A DNA stretch of 64,000 nt, taken from assembly GCA_041690395.1 (NCBI GenBank), contig JAWLHJ010000007.1, positions 32,001-96,000 on the forward strand, written 5' to 3'. Below are positions 17,429 through 27,253 of this stretch, piece after piece. Position numbers and translations under genes: made by a program. The notes below the pieces were generated by a model. It was not told the DNA's origin, made no database searches, and worked only from the letters and a program-made list of their open reading frames with translations. Every line of letters starts with the position of its first letter. Position 1 is the stretch's first letter. Source of the stretch: Longimicrobiales bacterium. Lineage in GTDB: Bacteria > Gemmatimonadota > Gemmatimonadetes > Longimicrobiales > Gaopeijiaceae.

Positions 17429-17866
17429 CGCCCGCTGTCGCGCCCCTCACCGAGCGGGTGCGCTACGTGCGCGCGCCGCTCGCACGCCCTCTTGGATGGT
17501 CCGGAAACCCCCCGGCCCGCACGGGTGTGGCGCCCTATCGAGGGTGCGTAACGGGTCAGGTGACGCTCCGCAGCACAAGTTCTGCCGCCCCCTGTGCGGA
17601 GCGGCGCCCGGCGGCCCCGACTCTCGCGGGACGCCAGACTCTCGCGCAGAACTCAAAGGGGAGGCGCCCCCGCGCGGTCAGTCTGCTCCCGGCGCCCGCA
17701 CCGGATCGACGTTGCCGCGCGCCGGGCCGGCGCACGACAGGCGGCTGAGGCCGATAGCGCGATCCACGGCGGCCCCATAGGCGTCGGCGTCCGCTTTCGG
17801 GTGGCCGTTGCGCGCGGATTTCGGCGTACGTGCCCGACCTTGCTTCCGGGTGCATAACTTTGGAGC

Positions 17867-20434
17867 ATGCCCGACCGTCTACCCGAGCCTCGCGCCACCC
17901 TGCCCGACCTTCCCGTCGTTCCCGTCCTCGACGACGTGGCGCGGGCCCTGGCCCACCATCGCGGTGCGGTGCTCGTGGCTCCGCCCGGTGCAGGAAAGAC
18001 CACCCTCGTGCCGTTGGCGCTTCTGGACGTCGAATGGCTGGGGAAGCAGAAGATCATCGTTCTCGAGCCGCGCCGTCTGGCCACCCGGTCGGCCGCCCGG
18101 CGCATGGCCTCGCTGCTCGGCGAGGACGACGCCGGCGGAACCGTGGGCTACCGGGTGCGGATGGACACGAAGGTCGGACCCCGCACCCGCATCGAGGTCG
18201 TGACGGAGGGGGTGCTTACGCGCATGCTGCTCGACGACCCGGGGCTAGCCGGTGTCGGGCTGGTCGTCTTCGACGAGTTCCACGAGCGGTCGTTGCACGC
18301 CGACCTGGGGCTCGCGCTCACGCTGCAGTCCCGTCAGTTGCTGCGCGACGATCTGCGCCTTCTGGTGATGTCCGCGACGCTCGATCCGGCGCCGGTCGCG
18401 GAGCTCCTGGGCGACGCGCCGATCGTGCGGAGCGAGGGGCGGAGCCATCCGGTGGAGACCCGGTTCCGGGACCGGCCGGTGGAGGGATGGATCGAGCCCA
18501 CGACGGTCGCCACGATCCTGGACGCGCTGGACCGAGACGAAGGGGACGTCCTGGTCTTCCTTCCCGGAGCGGGAGAGATCCGGAGGACGGCGGATCGGCT
18601 ACGCGAGGCGGGCCTCGCGCCCCAGGTCGACGTTCACCCGCTCTTCGGCGCGCTCCCCCGGGACGAGCAGGACCGGGCCATCGCGCCGAGCCCGCGGGGA
18701 CGAAGGAAGATCGTGCTCGCCACCGCGATCGCGGAGACCTCCCTCACCATCGAGGGTGTGCGCGTGGTGGTCGACAGCGGCCTCATGCGGGTTCCGCGCT
18801 TCGATCCGCGGAGCGGCATGACAAGCCTGGCTACGGTGACCGTGACGCGCGACTCGGCGGATCAGCGACGCGGACGCGCCGGTCGCACGGCGCCCGGCGT
18901 CTGCTACCGGATGTGGACCAAAGGGGAGGACCATGGCCTGGTACCGACCCGCAGGCCCGAGATCGAGGAGGCCGATCTGGCGCCGCTCGCCCTCGACCTC
19001 GCGGTCTGGGGCGCTCGTCCGGAGGAGCTGCGCTGGATGACGCCGCCGCCCGCGGCCTTGCTGGCCCAGGCGTCCGAGCTGCTCCGTGAGTTGGATGCCA
19101 TCGACGAGGACGGCGTGATCACCGGGCACGGCCGCGAGCTCGCGGGTGCGGGCGTCCATCCACGTCTGGCGCATATGCTCGTCCGGGGCCGGGAGCTCGG
19201 TCACGGGGGCGTGGCCTGCGACGTGGCCGCGCTGCTCGGCGACCGGGACATCCTGGACGGCCCGGGTCGCGCGCCGGACGCCGATCTCCGTCTCAGGGTG
19301 GAGGCCATGCGGCGAGCGCGGGCGCAGTCCGTCTCGCGGGTCGGGTCCGTCGGTGGCCAGCGCGTCCGGGGGGGCGGGCTCCACCGGGCCCTCAAGGAGT
19401 CGAGCCACCTGCGCCGCTCCCTCGGCGTTCCCGATCGCGACGGCGGCCCCGAAGAGGTGGAGCACGTCGGGCTCCTCCTGGGCTTCGCGTATCCGGACCG
19501 GATCGCGCGGCGGCGGGAGGGAAGTCGTGGGCGCTTCCTGCTCCGCAACGGGAAGGGGGCCGAGCTCGGCGACGGGGAAGGGCTCGGCGATGCCGAATGG
19601 ATCGTGGCCGCGGATCTGGACGACCGCGGACGGGACGCCCGGATCTTCCGCGCCGCGCCCGTCGACCAGGAGGAGATCGAGCGGCACTTCGCGGGTCACG
19701 TCCGGGTGGTGGAGGAGGTCACGTGGCGCGCGGACGCCGGCCGGGTCGAGGCCCGCCGCCGCGAGCTGCTCGGCGCGATCACCTTGCGGGAGGCGCCCCT
19801 GAGTGATCCCTCGAGAGACGCGCTCGTGGCCGCGCTCCTCGACGGGATCCGGGCGGAGGGAGTCGGGAGCCTGCCCTGGACGAAGGACGCCGAGCACCTC
19901 CGTGACCGATTGGCTTTCCTGCACGGGATCGATCCGGAGCGCTGGCCCGATCGCTCGGACGACGCTCTCCTCACGGGGCTCGAAGTCTGGCTCGTCCCCT
20001 TCCTGTCGGGCATCGCGTTCCCGCGCCGACTCGGAGACCTCGACCGGATCGACCTCCAGGAGGCGCTGCTCTCCGGTGTGGACTGGGGCGACCGGGCCCG
20101 GCTCGACGAATGGGCGCCCACCCACCTCGAGGTGCCGAGTGGCGCGCGCGTCCCGATCGACTACTCGGACCCGGAGGCCCCGGCGCTCGCGGTCAGGCTC
20201 CAGCAGGTGTTCGGCATGACCGAGACGCCGCGCCTCGGAGGCGGCCGGGTCCCGCTCACCATGAAGCTGCTGTCACCCGCCCACCGGCCGGTGCAGGTGA
20301 CGCGCGATTTGGAGAGCTTCTGGCGGGACGCGTACTTCGACGTCCGCAAGGACCTGCGGGGGCGATATCCGAAGCACCCGTGGCCGGAGGACCCTCTGGT
20401 GGCGGAGCCTACGAACCGGACGAAGCGGCGGTAG
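17867..20434 (+). CDS. hrpB: ATP-dependent RNA helicase HrpB
   Basis: APPGAGKTT, EPRRLA, DEFHER, MSAT, QRRGRAGR, LSPAHRPVQVT.DL..FW, GRYPKHPWP. Confidence 0.95.
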   Translation: MPDRLPEPRATLPDLPVVPVLDDVARALAHHRGAVLVAPPGAGKTTLVPLALLDVEWLGKQKIIVLEPRRLATRSAARRMASLLGEDDAGGTVGYRVRMDTKVGPRTRIEVVTEGVLTRMLLDDPGLAGVGLVVFDEFHERSLHADLGLALTLQSRQLLRDDLRLLVMSATLDPAPVAELLGDAPIVRSEGRSHPVETRFRDRPVEGWIEPTTVATILDALDRDEGDVLVFLPGAGEIRRTADRLREAGLAPQVDVHPLFGALPRDEQDRAIAPSPRGRRKIVLATAIAETSLTIEGVRVVVDSGLMRVPRFDPRSGMTSLATVTVTRDSADQRRGRAGRTAPGVCYRMWTKGEDHGLVPTRRPEIEEADLAPLALDLAVWGARPEELRWMTPPPAALLAQASELLRELDAIDEDGVITGHGRELAGAGVHPRLAHMLVRGRELGHGGVACDVAALLGDRDILDGPGRAPDADLRLRVEAMRRARAQSVSRVGSVGGQRVRGGGLHRALKESSHLRRSLGVPDRDGGPEEVEHVGLLLGFAYPDRIARRREGSRGRFLLRNGKGAELGDGEGLGDAEWIVAADLDDRGRDARIFRAAPVDQEEIERHFAGHVRVVEEVTWRADAGRVEARRRELLGAITLREAPLSDPSRDALVAALLDGIRAEGVGSLPWTKDAEHLRDRLAFLHGIDPERWPDRSDDALLTGLEVWLVPFLSGIAFPRRLGDLDRIDLQEALLSGVDWGDRARLDEWAPTHLEVPSGARVPIDYSDPEAPALAVRLQQVFGMTETPRLGGGRVPLTMKLLSPAHRPVQVTRDLESFWRDAYFDVRKDLRGRYPKHPWPEDPLVAEPTNRTKRR

Positions 20435-22946
20435 GGGGCGCCTCGGCTTCCGACTCCCGGGCCTCCTGCTCGATGGCCTCGGCTTCGCCGACGCGTCCGA
20501 GCTCCCTCAGCACCAAGGCGTAGTCCGTCAGGATGATCGGGTGGACCGGGCCGGAGCGCCTCAGGAGACCGACGGCTTCGCCGAACGCCTCCGCCGCACC
20601 GGGCCAGTTCTCCTGGAGCCTGCGCGTATTGGCCACCCCGAGAAGGGTGGACACGGCCGCGGGGTGATCCGGCCCGAGCCGGGTCTGACGGATCTCCGTC
20701 GCCCGGACCCACAGCGCCTCGGCCTCGGCGAGATTGCCCTGCTGCTGCCGGAGCGAGGCCAGATTGTTCAGGACCGTGGTCGTGAGGAGCTCCTCCTCGC
20801 CGAAGATCCGTGTGCGGAGCTCGAGCGCCTCGAGGAGATATGGCTCGGCCTCTTCCAACCGGCCCATGTCGGCCAGCATGCTGCCCAGATTCGCGATGGT
20901 CTGGACCGTCTGTGCGTTCTCCGGCCCGTACACCACCCGCTGGATCGGAAGGACCCGCTCGAAGAGCACCGAAGCCGAGTCGAAGAGGCGCATCGAGGCG
21001 TAGGTCGCCGCCAGCCCCTCGGTGGCCTCGAGGATCCCGGGGTGCCGGGGGTCCAGCTCGGGCTCATAGACCTCGAGGGCCCTCCGATAAAGTGGAATCG
21101 CGTCCTCGGGGCGGCCGAACCTGTTGTACCCGGTGGCCAGCCCGATCATCGACTCGCCTACCGCCTCGGCGTTGGGACCTCCCAGACGCTCCCGGAGGCG
21201 AACTCCCCGCTCGAGGGCCTCGACGGCCCGCGCGGAGTCTCCGAGGTCGGCCAGGACCAGGCCGCGCTCTTGCAGGCCGACGACCAGGGCGTGGGACAGC
21301 TCCGGCGTGCGACGCATGGACGGGCCGTCGGTGGTATCCACGACCGCCTCCACCTCGGCCATGAGGGTGTCGAGGACGGCGAACGCCTCGTCGTATTGGT
21401 CGGTGTATCGTAGGGCGCCGGCGAGCGAGTGAGCGATGGTGGCCCGGAGCTCGGGCGTGTCGGCCAGGTCGAGCGCCTCGCGATAGAGGCGCTCCGAGCG
21501 CTCGAAGTCGTCGAGCGCTCCGTAGCTACCCGCCATCACGTTCTTGAGTCGGGCCTGGAGCACGGGCTGCCCCACGAGCTCGGTGTCGATGCGCTCGACG
21601 CCCCGGTCGAGGAGCTCACGAGCGGTCGCCTCCTCGCCAAGTGAGTTCTGTGGATCGGACTCGCCGAAAAGGCCGACCAGGAAGTCCGAGACCTCCTCCG
21701 CCACCCGGGCCTCCTCGAGGGCCGAAGCCTCCGCGGCACGTGCCCTGAGCATACCGGTGGTCGCGGCCGCCGCGCCTCCGACCACCGCGGCGGTCGCGAC
21801 GAGTGCGGCCACCACCGCGGCCCGGTTCCGCCGGACGAACTTTCGGGTGCGGTAGGTCAGGGTCGGCGGGCGCGCCGAGATCGGCAGGGAGCCCTGGAAG
21901 GCCGCCACGTCCTGCATGAGCCGGTCCACGCTCGGGTAGCGCTCGGCGGGATCCCTCCGCATGGCGGTCAGAACGATCGTGTCCAGGTCGCCGGCGAGGC
22001 TCCTGTCTCCGGAAGCCACCGACGGCGGTTGGGGGTCGGAGTCCGTGATGCGGCGCGCGAGCTCGGCCGAGGTCGTGGCCGTGTCGTGTGGGCGCCGGCC
22101 CGTCAGCAGGAGGTAAAGGAGCCCGCCGAGCGCGTAGACGTCGGTGACGACGGTGGCCGGCTCGCCGGAGACCTGCTCGGGGCTGGCGAAGCTGGGCGAC
22201 ATGATGCGTGTGCCGGCCGCGTCCGGATCCCCGGGCTCGAGGAGCTTCGCGATCCCGAAGTCGAGGAGTCGAGGCGTGCCCGTCCGGTCCACGAGGATGT
22301 TTGCGGGCTTGATGTCCCGGTGGATGACCAGCCGCGCATGTGCGTGACGCACCGCGTCGCATATCTGGAGGAAGAGGTCGAGGCGGGCCTCGAGGTCAGG
22401 GGCGTCCTCCTCGCAGAAGCGGTCGACGGGGCGGCCATCGACGTACTCCATGACGACGTAAGGCACACCCTCGGGCGTGCTCCCGCCGTCCAGGAAGCGT
22501 GCGATCGCGGGATGCTCGAGGCCGGCCAGAATCCGGCGTTCGTTGCCGAAGCGCCAGGCCATCTCTTCGGAGTACAACCCGCCGGGCAGGAGCTTGACCG
22601 CCACGATCTGCTCGAAGTCCGCGTCTTCCCGGACGCCGAGGTAGACTACGCCCATGCCGCCCCGGCCGATCTCCTCCGTCAGGCGATAGGGCCCGATCTT
22701 CAGCCCCACGGCGCTCCCGGGCCTCGCGTCACCCTGCGCGGCGGCGACCAGGTCGCGCATGCGATCGGCGACCCGGGTCTCGGCGTGCGCCAGCAGGCTC
22801 TCGACCTCCGCGACGACCCGGGGATCGTCCCCGGCCGCGCGCCGCAGGTACCCGATGCGCTCTTCCTCCGGGAGGGACATCACCTCGGAGAAAAGGCGCT
22901 CGACGCGCGCCCAGACGTCGGGCCCAAGAGGTTCGCTCATGTTCAC
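20409..22946 (-). CDS. Membrane Ser/Thr protein kinase with C-terminal TPR array (ECF-associated type)
   Basis: GRGGMGVVY, VAVK, HRDIKPAN, DFGIAK, SPEQ, TM segment, TPRs. Confidence 0.92.
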   Translation of the reverse strand: MNMSEPLGPDVWARVERLFSEVMSLPEEERIGYLRRAAGDDPRVVAEVESLLAHAETRVADRMRDLVAAAQGDARPGSAVGLKIGPYRLTEEIGRGGMGVVYLGVREDADFEQIVAVKLLPGGLYSEEMAWRFGNERRILAGLEHPAIARFLDGGSTPEGVPYVVMEYVDGRPVDRFCEEDAPDLEARLDLFLQICDAVRHAHARLVIHRDIKPANILVDRTGTPRLLDFGIAKLLEPGDPDAAGTRIMSPSFASPEQVSGEPATVVTDVYALGGLLYLLLTGRRPHDTATTSAELARRITDSDPQPPSVASGDRSLAGDLDTIVLTAMRRDPAERYPSVDRLMQDVAAFQGSLPISARPPTLTYRTRKFVRRNRAAVVAALVATAAVVGGAAAATTGMLRARAAEASALEEARVAEEVSDFLVGLFGESDPQNSLGEEATARELLDRGVERIDTELVGQPVLQARLKNVMAGSYGALDDFERSERLYREALDLADTPELRATIAHSLAGALRYTDQYDEAFAVLDTLMAEVEAVVDTTDGPSMRRTPELSHALVVGLQERGLVLADLGDSARAVEALERGVRLRERLGGPNAEAVGESMIGLATGYNRFGRPEDAIPLYRRALEVYEPELDPRHPGILEATEGLAATYASMRLFDSASVLFERVLPIQRVVYGPENAQTVQTIANLGSMLADMGRLEEAEPYLLEALELRTRIFGEEELLTTTVLNNLASLRQQQGNLAEAEALWVRATEIRQTRLGPDHPAAVSTLLGVANTRRLQENWPGAAEAFGEAVGLLRRSGPVHPIILTDYALVLRELGRVGEAEAIEQEARESEAEAPPTAASSGS

Positions 22947-23057
22947 ATTCTACGGCCCTTCGGAGCATCCGGCATGTAGACGCCAGGCCGCGCGAGCTAC
23001 ACGCGCCTCCCCCGCGAGGCTACGCAGCCCTGGACGAACGCCGCGGGGCGTTGAATC

Positions 23058-23642
23058 GTGGACGACATGGACATTCCTCCACCGGACGAACGAGCCGACG
23101 TCACCGCCCTCATCCGCCGCCTCACCTCGGGGGACGAGGAAGCCCTCGACCGGCTGATTCCGCTCGTGTACGACCAACTCCGGGCCGTGGCCCACCGGAG
23201 ACTCCGCTCCGAGCGCACCGGTAACACGCTCCAGACGACGGCGTTGGTGCATGAAGCATACGCCCGCCTGGCGGGCGCGGAGCTGAGCCTGCGGGACCGG
23301 GCCCACTTTTTCGCCCTCGCGGCGCGCACCATGCGCAGGGTCCTGGTGGACGCATCCAGAGCTCGCCTGGCGGGGAAGCGCGGCGGTGGGGCCGAGGTCG
23401 TTCCAATCGGGGCGGCGGCGCTCGAGCTGGCGGACGGGCGCGACGCCGAACAGGTCCTCGAGCTGCACGAGGCGCTGGAACGGCTGGAGGCCCAGGATCC
23501 GCGCAAGGCGAAGGTCATCGAGGCCCACGTGTTCGCGGGGATGACCCGCGACGAGATCGCCGAGGCCGTGGGCGTCTCCACGCCGACGGTCGATCGGGAT
23601 CTCCGGATGGCGCGGGCCTGGCTGGCCCGGGAGCTGGCGTAG
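23058..23642 (+). CDS. ECF sigma factor, kinase-associated type
   Basis: LIPLVYDQLR, TLQTTALVHEAY, MRRVLVD, KRGG, TVDRDLRMARAWL. Confidence 0.92.
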   Translation: MDDMDIPPPDERADVTALIRRLTSGDEEALDRLIPLVYDQLRAVAHRRLRSERTGNTLQTTALVHEAYARLAGAELSLRDRAHFFALAARTMRRVLVDASRARLAGKRGGGAEVVPIGAAALELADGRDAEQVLELHEALERLEAQDPRKAKVIEAHVFAGMTRDEIAEAVGVSTPTVDRDLRMARAWLARELA

Positions 23643-23744
23643 CAGCCCTGAACGGCCACCACCGGCTCGTGGGTCGATGATAGGGTTCCTTCGGATTTTC
23701 CGCGCAGGGGGGTGAAGGCTCACACGCTTCACCTCGGAGGAACC

Positions 23745-25853
23745 ATGGACCCGCGCAACTCCTGGCCTGTACGCCCGGCCACGATGCTCGCCCTCTTCGC
23801 GACGTTGACGCTCACCCTCGTGGCTGCTTGCGGCGAATCGCCGACGGCGCCCCCCGCCGGAAACGGCGACCCCGATCCGGATCCACCCGCGGACACCGTG
23901 CCCCCGATCGAACAGCTACCGGTGTCCAATCTCACCCGGGACGACCTCGAGGCGACGGGGACGGTGGTCGATACGGAGGACGGCTTCACCGTGGATGGCG
24001 CGCTCACCATGACAACGAGCGACACCAGCGCGGTCACCTTCACGAACGCGGAGCTCGTCGTGCGCCACGACGAGCAGGGTCGCGTGCGTAGCATCAGCGG
24101 GAAGGCCGAGATCCCCTCACCGCACGAGCGTATCGAATTCGAAGACCCCGTGCGGGCCGACGTGGGCTTCTTTCCCGGGAAGTGGCTGAACGAGAACCGG
24201 GACCTGGGGATCACGCTTCAGGAGGACACGGACTACTTCGTGTTCGATTTCGAGGCGCGCCTCCAGATGAACATCGCGACCGGGGAGACCGGTGAGGACG
24301 CGGTCCGGGCCGTGTCGGTGCAGGCTCCGGTCGGCGGCCGGGCGCTCATGGTGATGGATTTCGCCGATCCCATGTACTACGTGTACGGCCAGCAGGACCT
24401 GCTGGGGAACGTCGGGACGGGGTGGTCGCTCAACCAGCGGATCCCGTTCCGGCCGAGCCGAAGCGTGGGGGCCGGCGTGGTCGACTTCGGCGCCTTCGAC
24501 GGGGGCGCGATCCGCAAGGGCTCGTTCCCGATCTTCAAGATCATCAAGGTGACCGGGGTCTCCGTGGACAACGCGTACACGGAGTTCCACATGAGCACCG
24601 AGGACCCGCTGTCGTCCGATCTTCGCGTCGGCTACCGGCTGGGCTCCGAAGGGGAGGCTGAGCTCGACCTCGGCATCAAGGACATGGTCGGGATCTCGAT
24701 CCCGCTGGCGTCGTCGAGCTCGGGGGTCTGGGCGGAGGCGAGCGTGCAGGACGTTTTCAACGGCTACTACTACGCCGAGGGCCAGACGTCCGACGACCGC
24801 TCGTGGTGGCCGAGCTTCATTCCGGTGAAGCCGGCCAACGTGCTGGCGGCGAACGCCTATGTGACCAGCGAGGGCGCCTTCGAAGTCGGGCTGTCGGGCA
24901 CATACGGCTGGGAGTTTCCCGACGGGCTCCACACCATGGGCGGCGTCTTCAACCTGAACAACGACGCCATGCTCCTCGAAGGCCGGGTGGTCTCGGGCGA
25001 CATCGAATACGCCGTGGGCGGCCGTGTCACCGAGCAGGAGACCCGCGCGTACTTCCAGCCACCCCAACAGCTCATGGACGAGATCGCCTCGACGGTGAAC
25101 GACGAAGTGCTTCCGCGGATCGACGAGGCGGAGGCGGCCTGGAACGATGTCCAGGAAGCCACCCAGGACTACGAGTTCGAGTTGAGCCTGCGGGGTCTGC
25201 GTGAGGACATCCCGCCGATGATCGACGAGGGGAGGGCCCAGCTTTCGGCGGGCGTCGCGTCTGCGATCGCCCAGCAGGACGGAAAGGCCTGGGAGAGTGA
25301 CTTCCGGTCGAAGATCACCGCCGCGGACAACGTCTACCACGATCAGCTCACCCAGCTCCGGAACGCCGCGACCAACGCGACCGACAACGCCACGACGCGC
25401 GCGGTGCTCGAGCGGGAGCTCAGGGAGATGGCTGCGCGCAAGATCTTCAGCTTCACGTATCGCTACCAGGTCTTCGGCGTGACCGTGTACTCGACGACCG
25501 TCACCCGCCGGATCCTCTCGGACACCCAGGCGAACCGACTCCTGCAAGCCGCCGACAACGTGCACCGTATCGGCGAGACGTCGGACATCAAGGTCCAGAT
25601 GGAGCAGGTCTACGAGACCGTGAACGAGCGCGAGCTCTTCGAGGACGTGCGTGACGACCTCGAGAACGGCGTGCTGCGCATGGCGGCCATCGACGAGATG
25701 GGCTTCGTGGTCGTGCACGACGAAGGCAGCTTCGGCCTGTACGCGGGAATCGCCGGCGAGCACTACGAGCTCGGTACGATCTCGGCGCTGACCATCGAGG
25801 AGCTCATGAAGGAGCTCCCTGACGCGATGATCGAGGCGCTGCGGGGGAACTGA
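23745..25853 (+). CDS. Large hypothetical lipoprotein (beta-rich N-half, helical C-half)
   Basis: GGAGGA before ATG 23745; lipobox VAAC; Pro-rich tether; long open frame with host-like codon usage. Confidence 0.75.
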   Translation: MDPRNSWPVRPATMLALFATLTLTLVAACGESPTAPPAGNGDPDPDPPADTVPPIEQLPVSNLTRDDLEATGTVVDTEDGFTVDGALTMTTSDTSAVTFTNAELVVRHDEQGRVRSISGKAEIPSPHERIEFEDPVRADVGFFPGKWLNENRDLGITLQEDTDYFVFDFEARLQMNIATGETGEDAVRAVSVQAPVGGRALMVMDFADPMYYVYGQQDLLGNVGTGWSLNQRIPFRPSRSVGAGVVDFGAFDGGAIRKGSFPIFKIIKVTGVSVDNAYTEFHMSTEDPLSSDLRVGYRLGSEGEAELDLGIKDMVGISIPLASSSSGVWAEASVQDVFNGYYYAEGQTSDDRSWWPSFIPVKPANVLAANAYVTSEGAFEVGLSGTYGWEFPDGLHTMGGVFNLNNDAMLLEGRVVSGDIEYAVGGRVTEQETRAYFQPPQQLMDEIASTVNDEVLPRIDEAEAAWNDVQEATQDYEFELSLRGLREDIPPMIDEGRAQLSAGVASAIAQQDGKAWESDFRSKITAADNVYHDQLTQLRNAATNATDNATTRAVLERELREMAARKIFSFTYRYQVFGVTVYSTTVTRRILSDTQANRLLQAADNVHRIGETSDIKVQMEQVYETVNERELFEDVRDDLENGVLRMAAIDEMGFVVVHDEGSFGLYAGIAGEHYELGTISALTIEELMKELPDAMIEALRGN

Positions 25854-25864
25854 CGCGCGGAGAC

Positions 25865-25902
25865 GGGGCCGGGGCGGGGGGCGGTTCCCTGGCCCCGGCT
25901 CC
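25865..25902 (+). terminator. GC-rich hairpin after the lipoprotein gene (no U-tract)
   Basis: GGGGCCGGGGC pairs with GCCCCGGCTCC. Confidence 0.4.
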
Positions 25903-26275
25903 ACCCGACGCCACTCGGCGCGGCTCCCGGACCGGGGCCTCTCGCCGGTTGTGGCGCCCGTCCATCGCCTTTCGGTCGGTGAGACGATCGCGTGGATGCG
26001 CCCAGGAGCGGCCGGACTGCGCGTGCCGAAGCATCCGCCGTGCCACCGGGGGAAGTCCCTGGTCTGAATGGATTTGTGACGACGCGACCCTCCATGTCGG
26101 CAACGAATCCCGCCCTGCGGCATGGAATGCAGCCTGCTCGCGATGTGGCGCCTATGCAACGGCACGTCCTGTTCCGGTCGAGCACTTAGTGCCTCGAAAG
26201 GAGCGAGCCGGTCCTGGTCCAGTGACCCACCGAAAACCCATGCGCGCCAAGCGATATCGCCTGTCTGAAGTGCCG

Positions 26276-26291
26276 GGGCACACCGGTTGCC
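26276..26291 (+). promoter_or_regulatory. Sigma54 -24/-12 promoter of the flp/tad operon
   Basis: GGGCAC-ACCGG-TTGCC, about 90 nt upstream of flp ATG. Confidence 0.7.
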
Positions 26292-26379
26292 CCCCATGTG
26301 TGCCACGTGGCGCGGCGTCCGCAGTGACCCGCCGACTCTCACTTCACGCATGCGGCCCGAGCGGGCCGAGGAGCACACG

Positions 26380-26583
26380 ATGCAGGCAATGTTCGCGCGG
26401 TTCTGGAGCGACGACTCCGGGCAGGGGCTCACCGAGTACGCGCTGATTCTGGCGCTGGTCTCGATCGGGCTCATCGCGGTTCTGGTGGTCTTCCGTGATG
26501 CCATCGGCGGCATCTTCGACCGGGTCGCCCAGGTTCTCCAGGGTGCGCCTTCGGAAGGCTTCACCCCGGGCGCCGGCGGCTGA
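26380..26583 (+). CDS. flp: Flp family type IVc major pilin
   Basis: FWSDDSG|QGLTEYALIL; GAGGAG RBS. Confidence 0.93.
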   Translation: MQAMFARFWSDDSGQGLTEYALILALVSIGLIAVLVVFRDAIGGIFDRVAQVLQGAPSEGFTPGAGG

Positions 26584-26710
26584 GCCGGACGCCCCGCCTT
26601 CGGTTGAACGCCCTCGGGCGTCGGGCGGCACCCGGGTCAGACCGGTGGTCGTCCGGCGCGCGGGGCGGGCCGGGGCACGCTTCCCCCCCATCCCCCCACG
26701 AGTCGATCCG

Positions 26711-27253
26711 ATGCCTTCGCTATCACCCATCTTCTCGGAGCTGCTGCCCGCGACGCTGATCGTCGTCCTCGGCCTGGCCGTGTGGTTCGACGTACGCGAG
26801 CAGCGGATTCCGAACGTGGTCACGGCGGGAGGCTTCCTCGCCTTCCTGGCCGCCCGCGCGGTCGTGGGTCCGGAGGCATTCCTCTCCGGTCTCGCCGGAG
26901 GCGTGGTCGGTCTCGTGCTCGGGATCGCGCTGTTCGCGGCCGGTGCGATGGGCGCGGGGGATGGAAAGCTGTTGGCGGCCGTCGGGGCCGCGCTCGGTCT
27001 CGAGGTCTTCCTCCTGTGTCTTCCCCTCATCGGCGCGTTCGGGGGATTCCTCGCGCTGGTGGAGGCCGGAAGGAGCGGGACGCTGATCGCGACGTTGCTG
27101 CGCTTCCGGCAGCTCCTCTTCTACGTGGTGACCTTCGGCCGCATCGGCGCGCGCAGGACGCTCGCCATGCCCGGTGCCGTCACGGTCCCCTACGGCGTCG
27201 CCGTCGCTGCGGGCGCGGCCACGGCGTGGCTCGGATGGGGACTCGGGCTATGA
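26711..27253 (+). CDS. cpaA: A24 prepilin peptidase (TadV/CpaA)
   Basis: FDVREQRIPN, GAMGAGDGKL, VPYGVAVA. Confidence 0.9.
   Translation: MPSLSPIFSELLPATLIVVLGLAVWFDVREQRIPNVVTAGGFLAFLAARAVVGPEAFLSGLAGGVVGLVLGIALFAAGAMGAGDGKLLAAVGAALGLEVFLLCLPLIGAFGGFLALVEAGRSGTLIATLLRFRQLLFYVVTFGRIGARRTLAMPGAVTVPYGVAVAAGAATAWLGWGLGL

Noticed and set aside
25903..26379. c-di-GMP riboswitch upstream of flp
   Set aside because: I could not match class I or class II consensus elements by eye, and most of the region lies upstream of the predicted sigma54 start; an Rfam scan would be needed to exclude it
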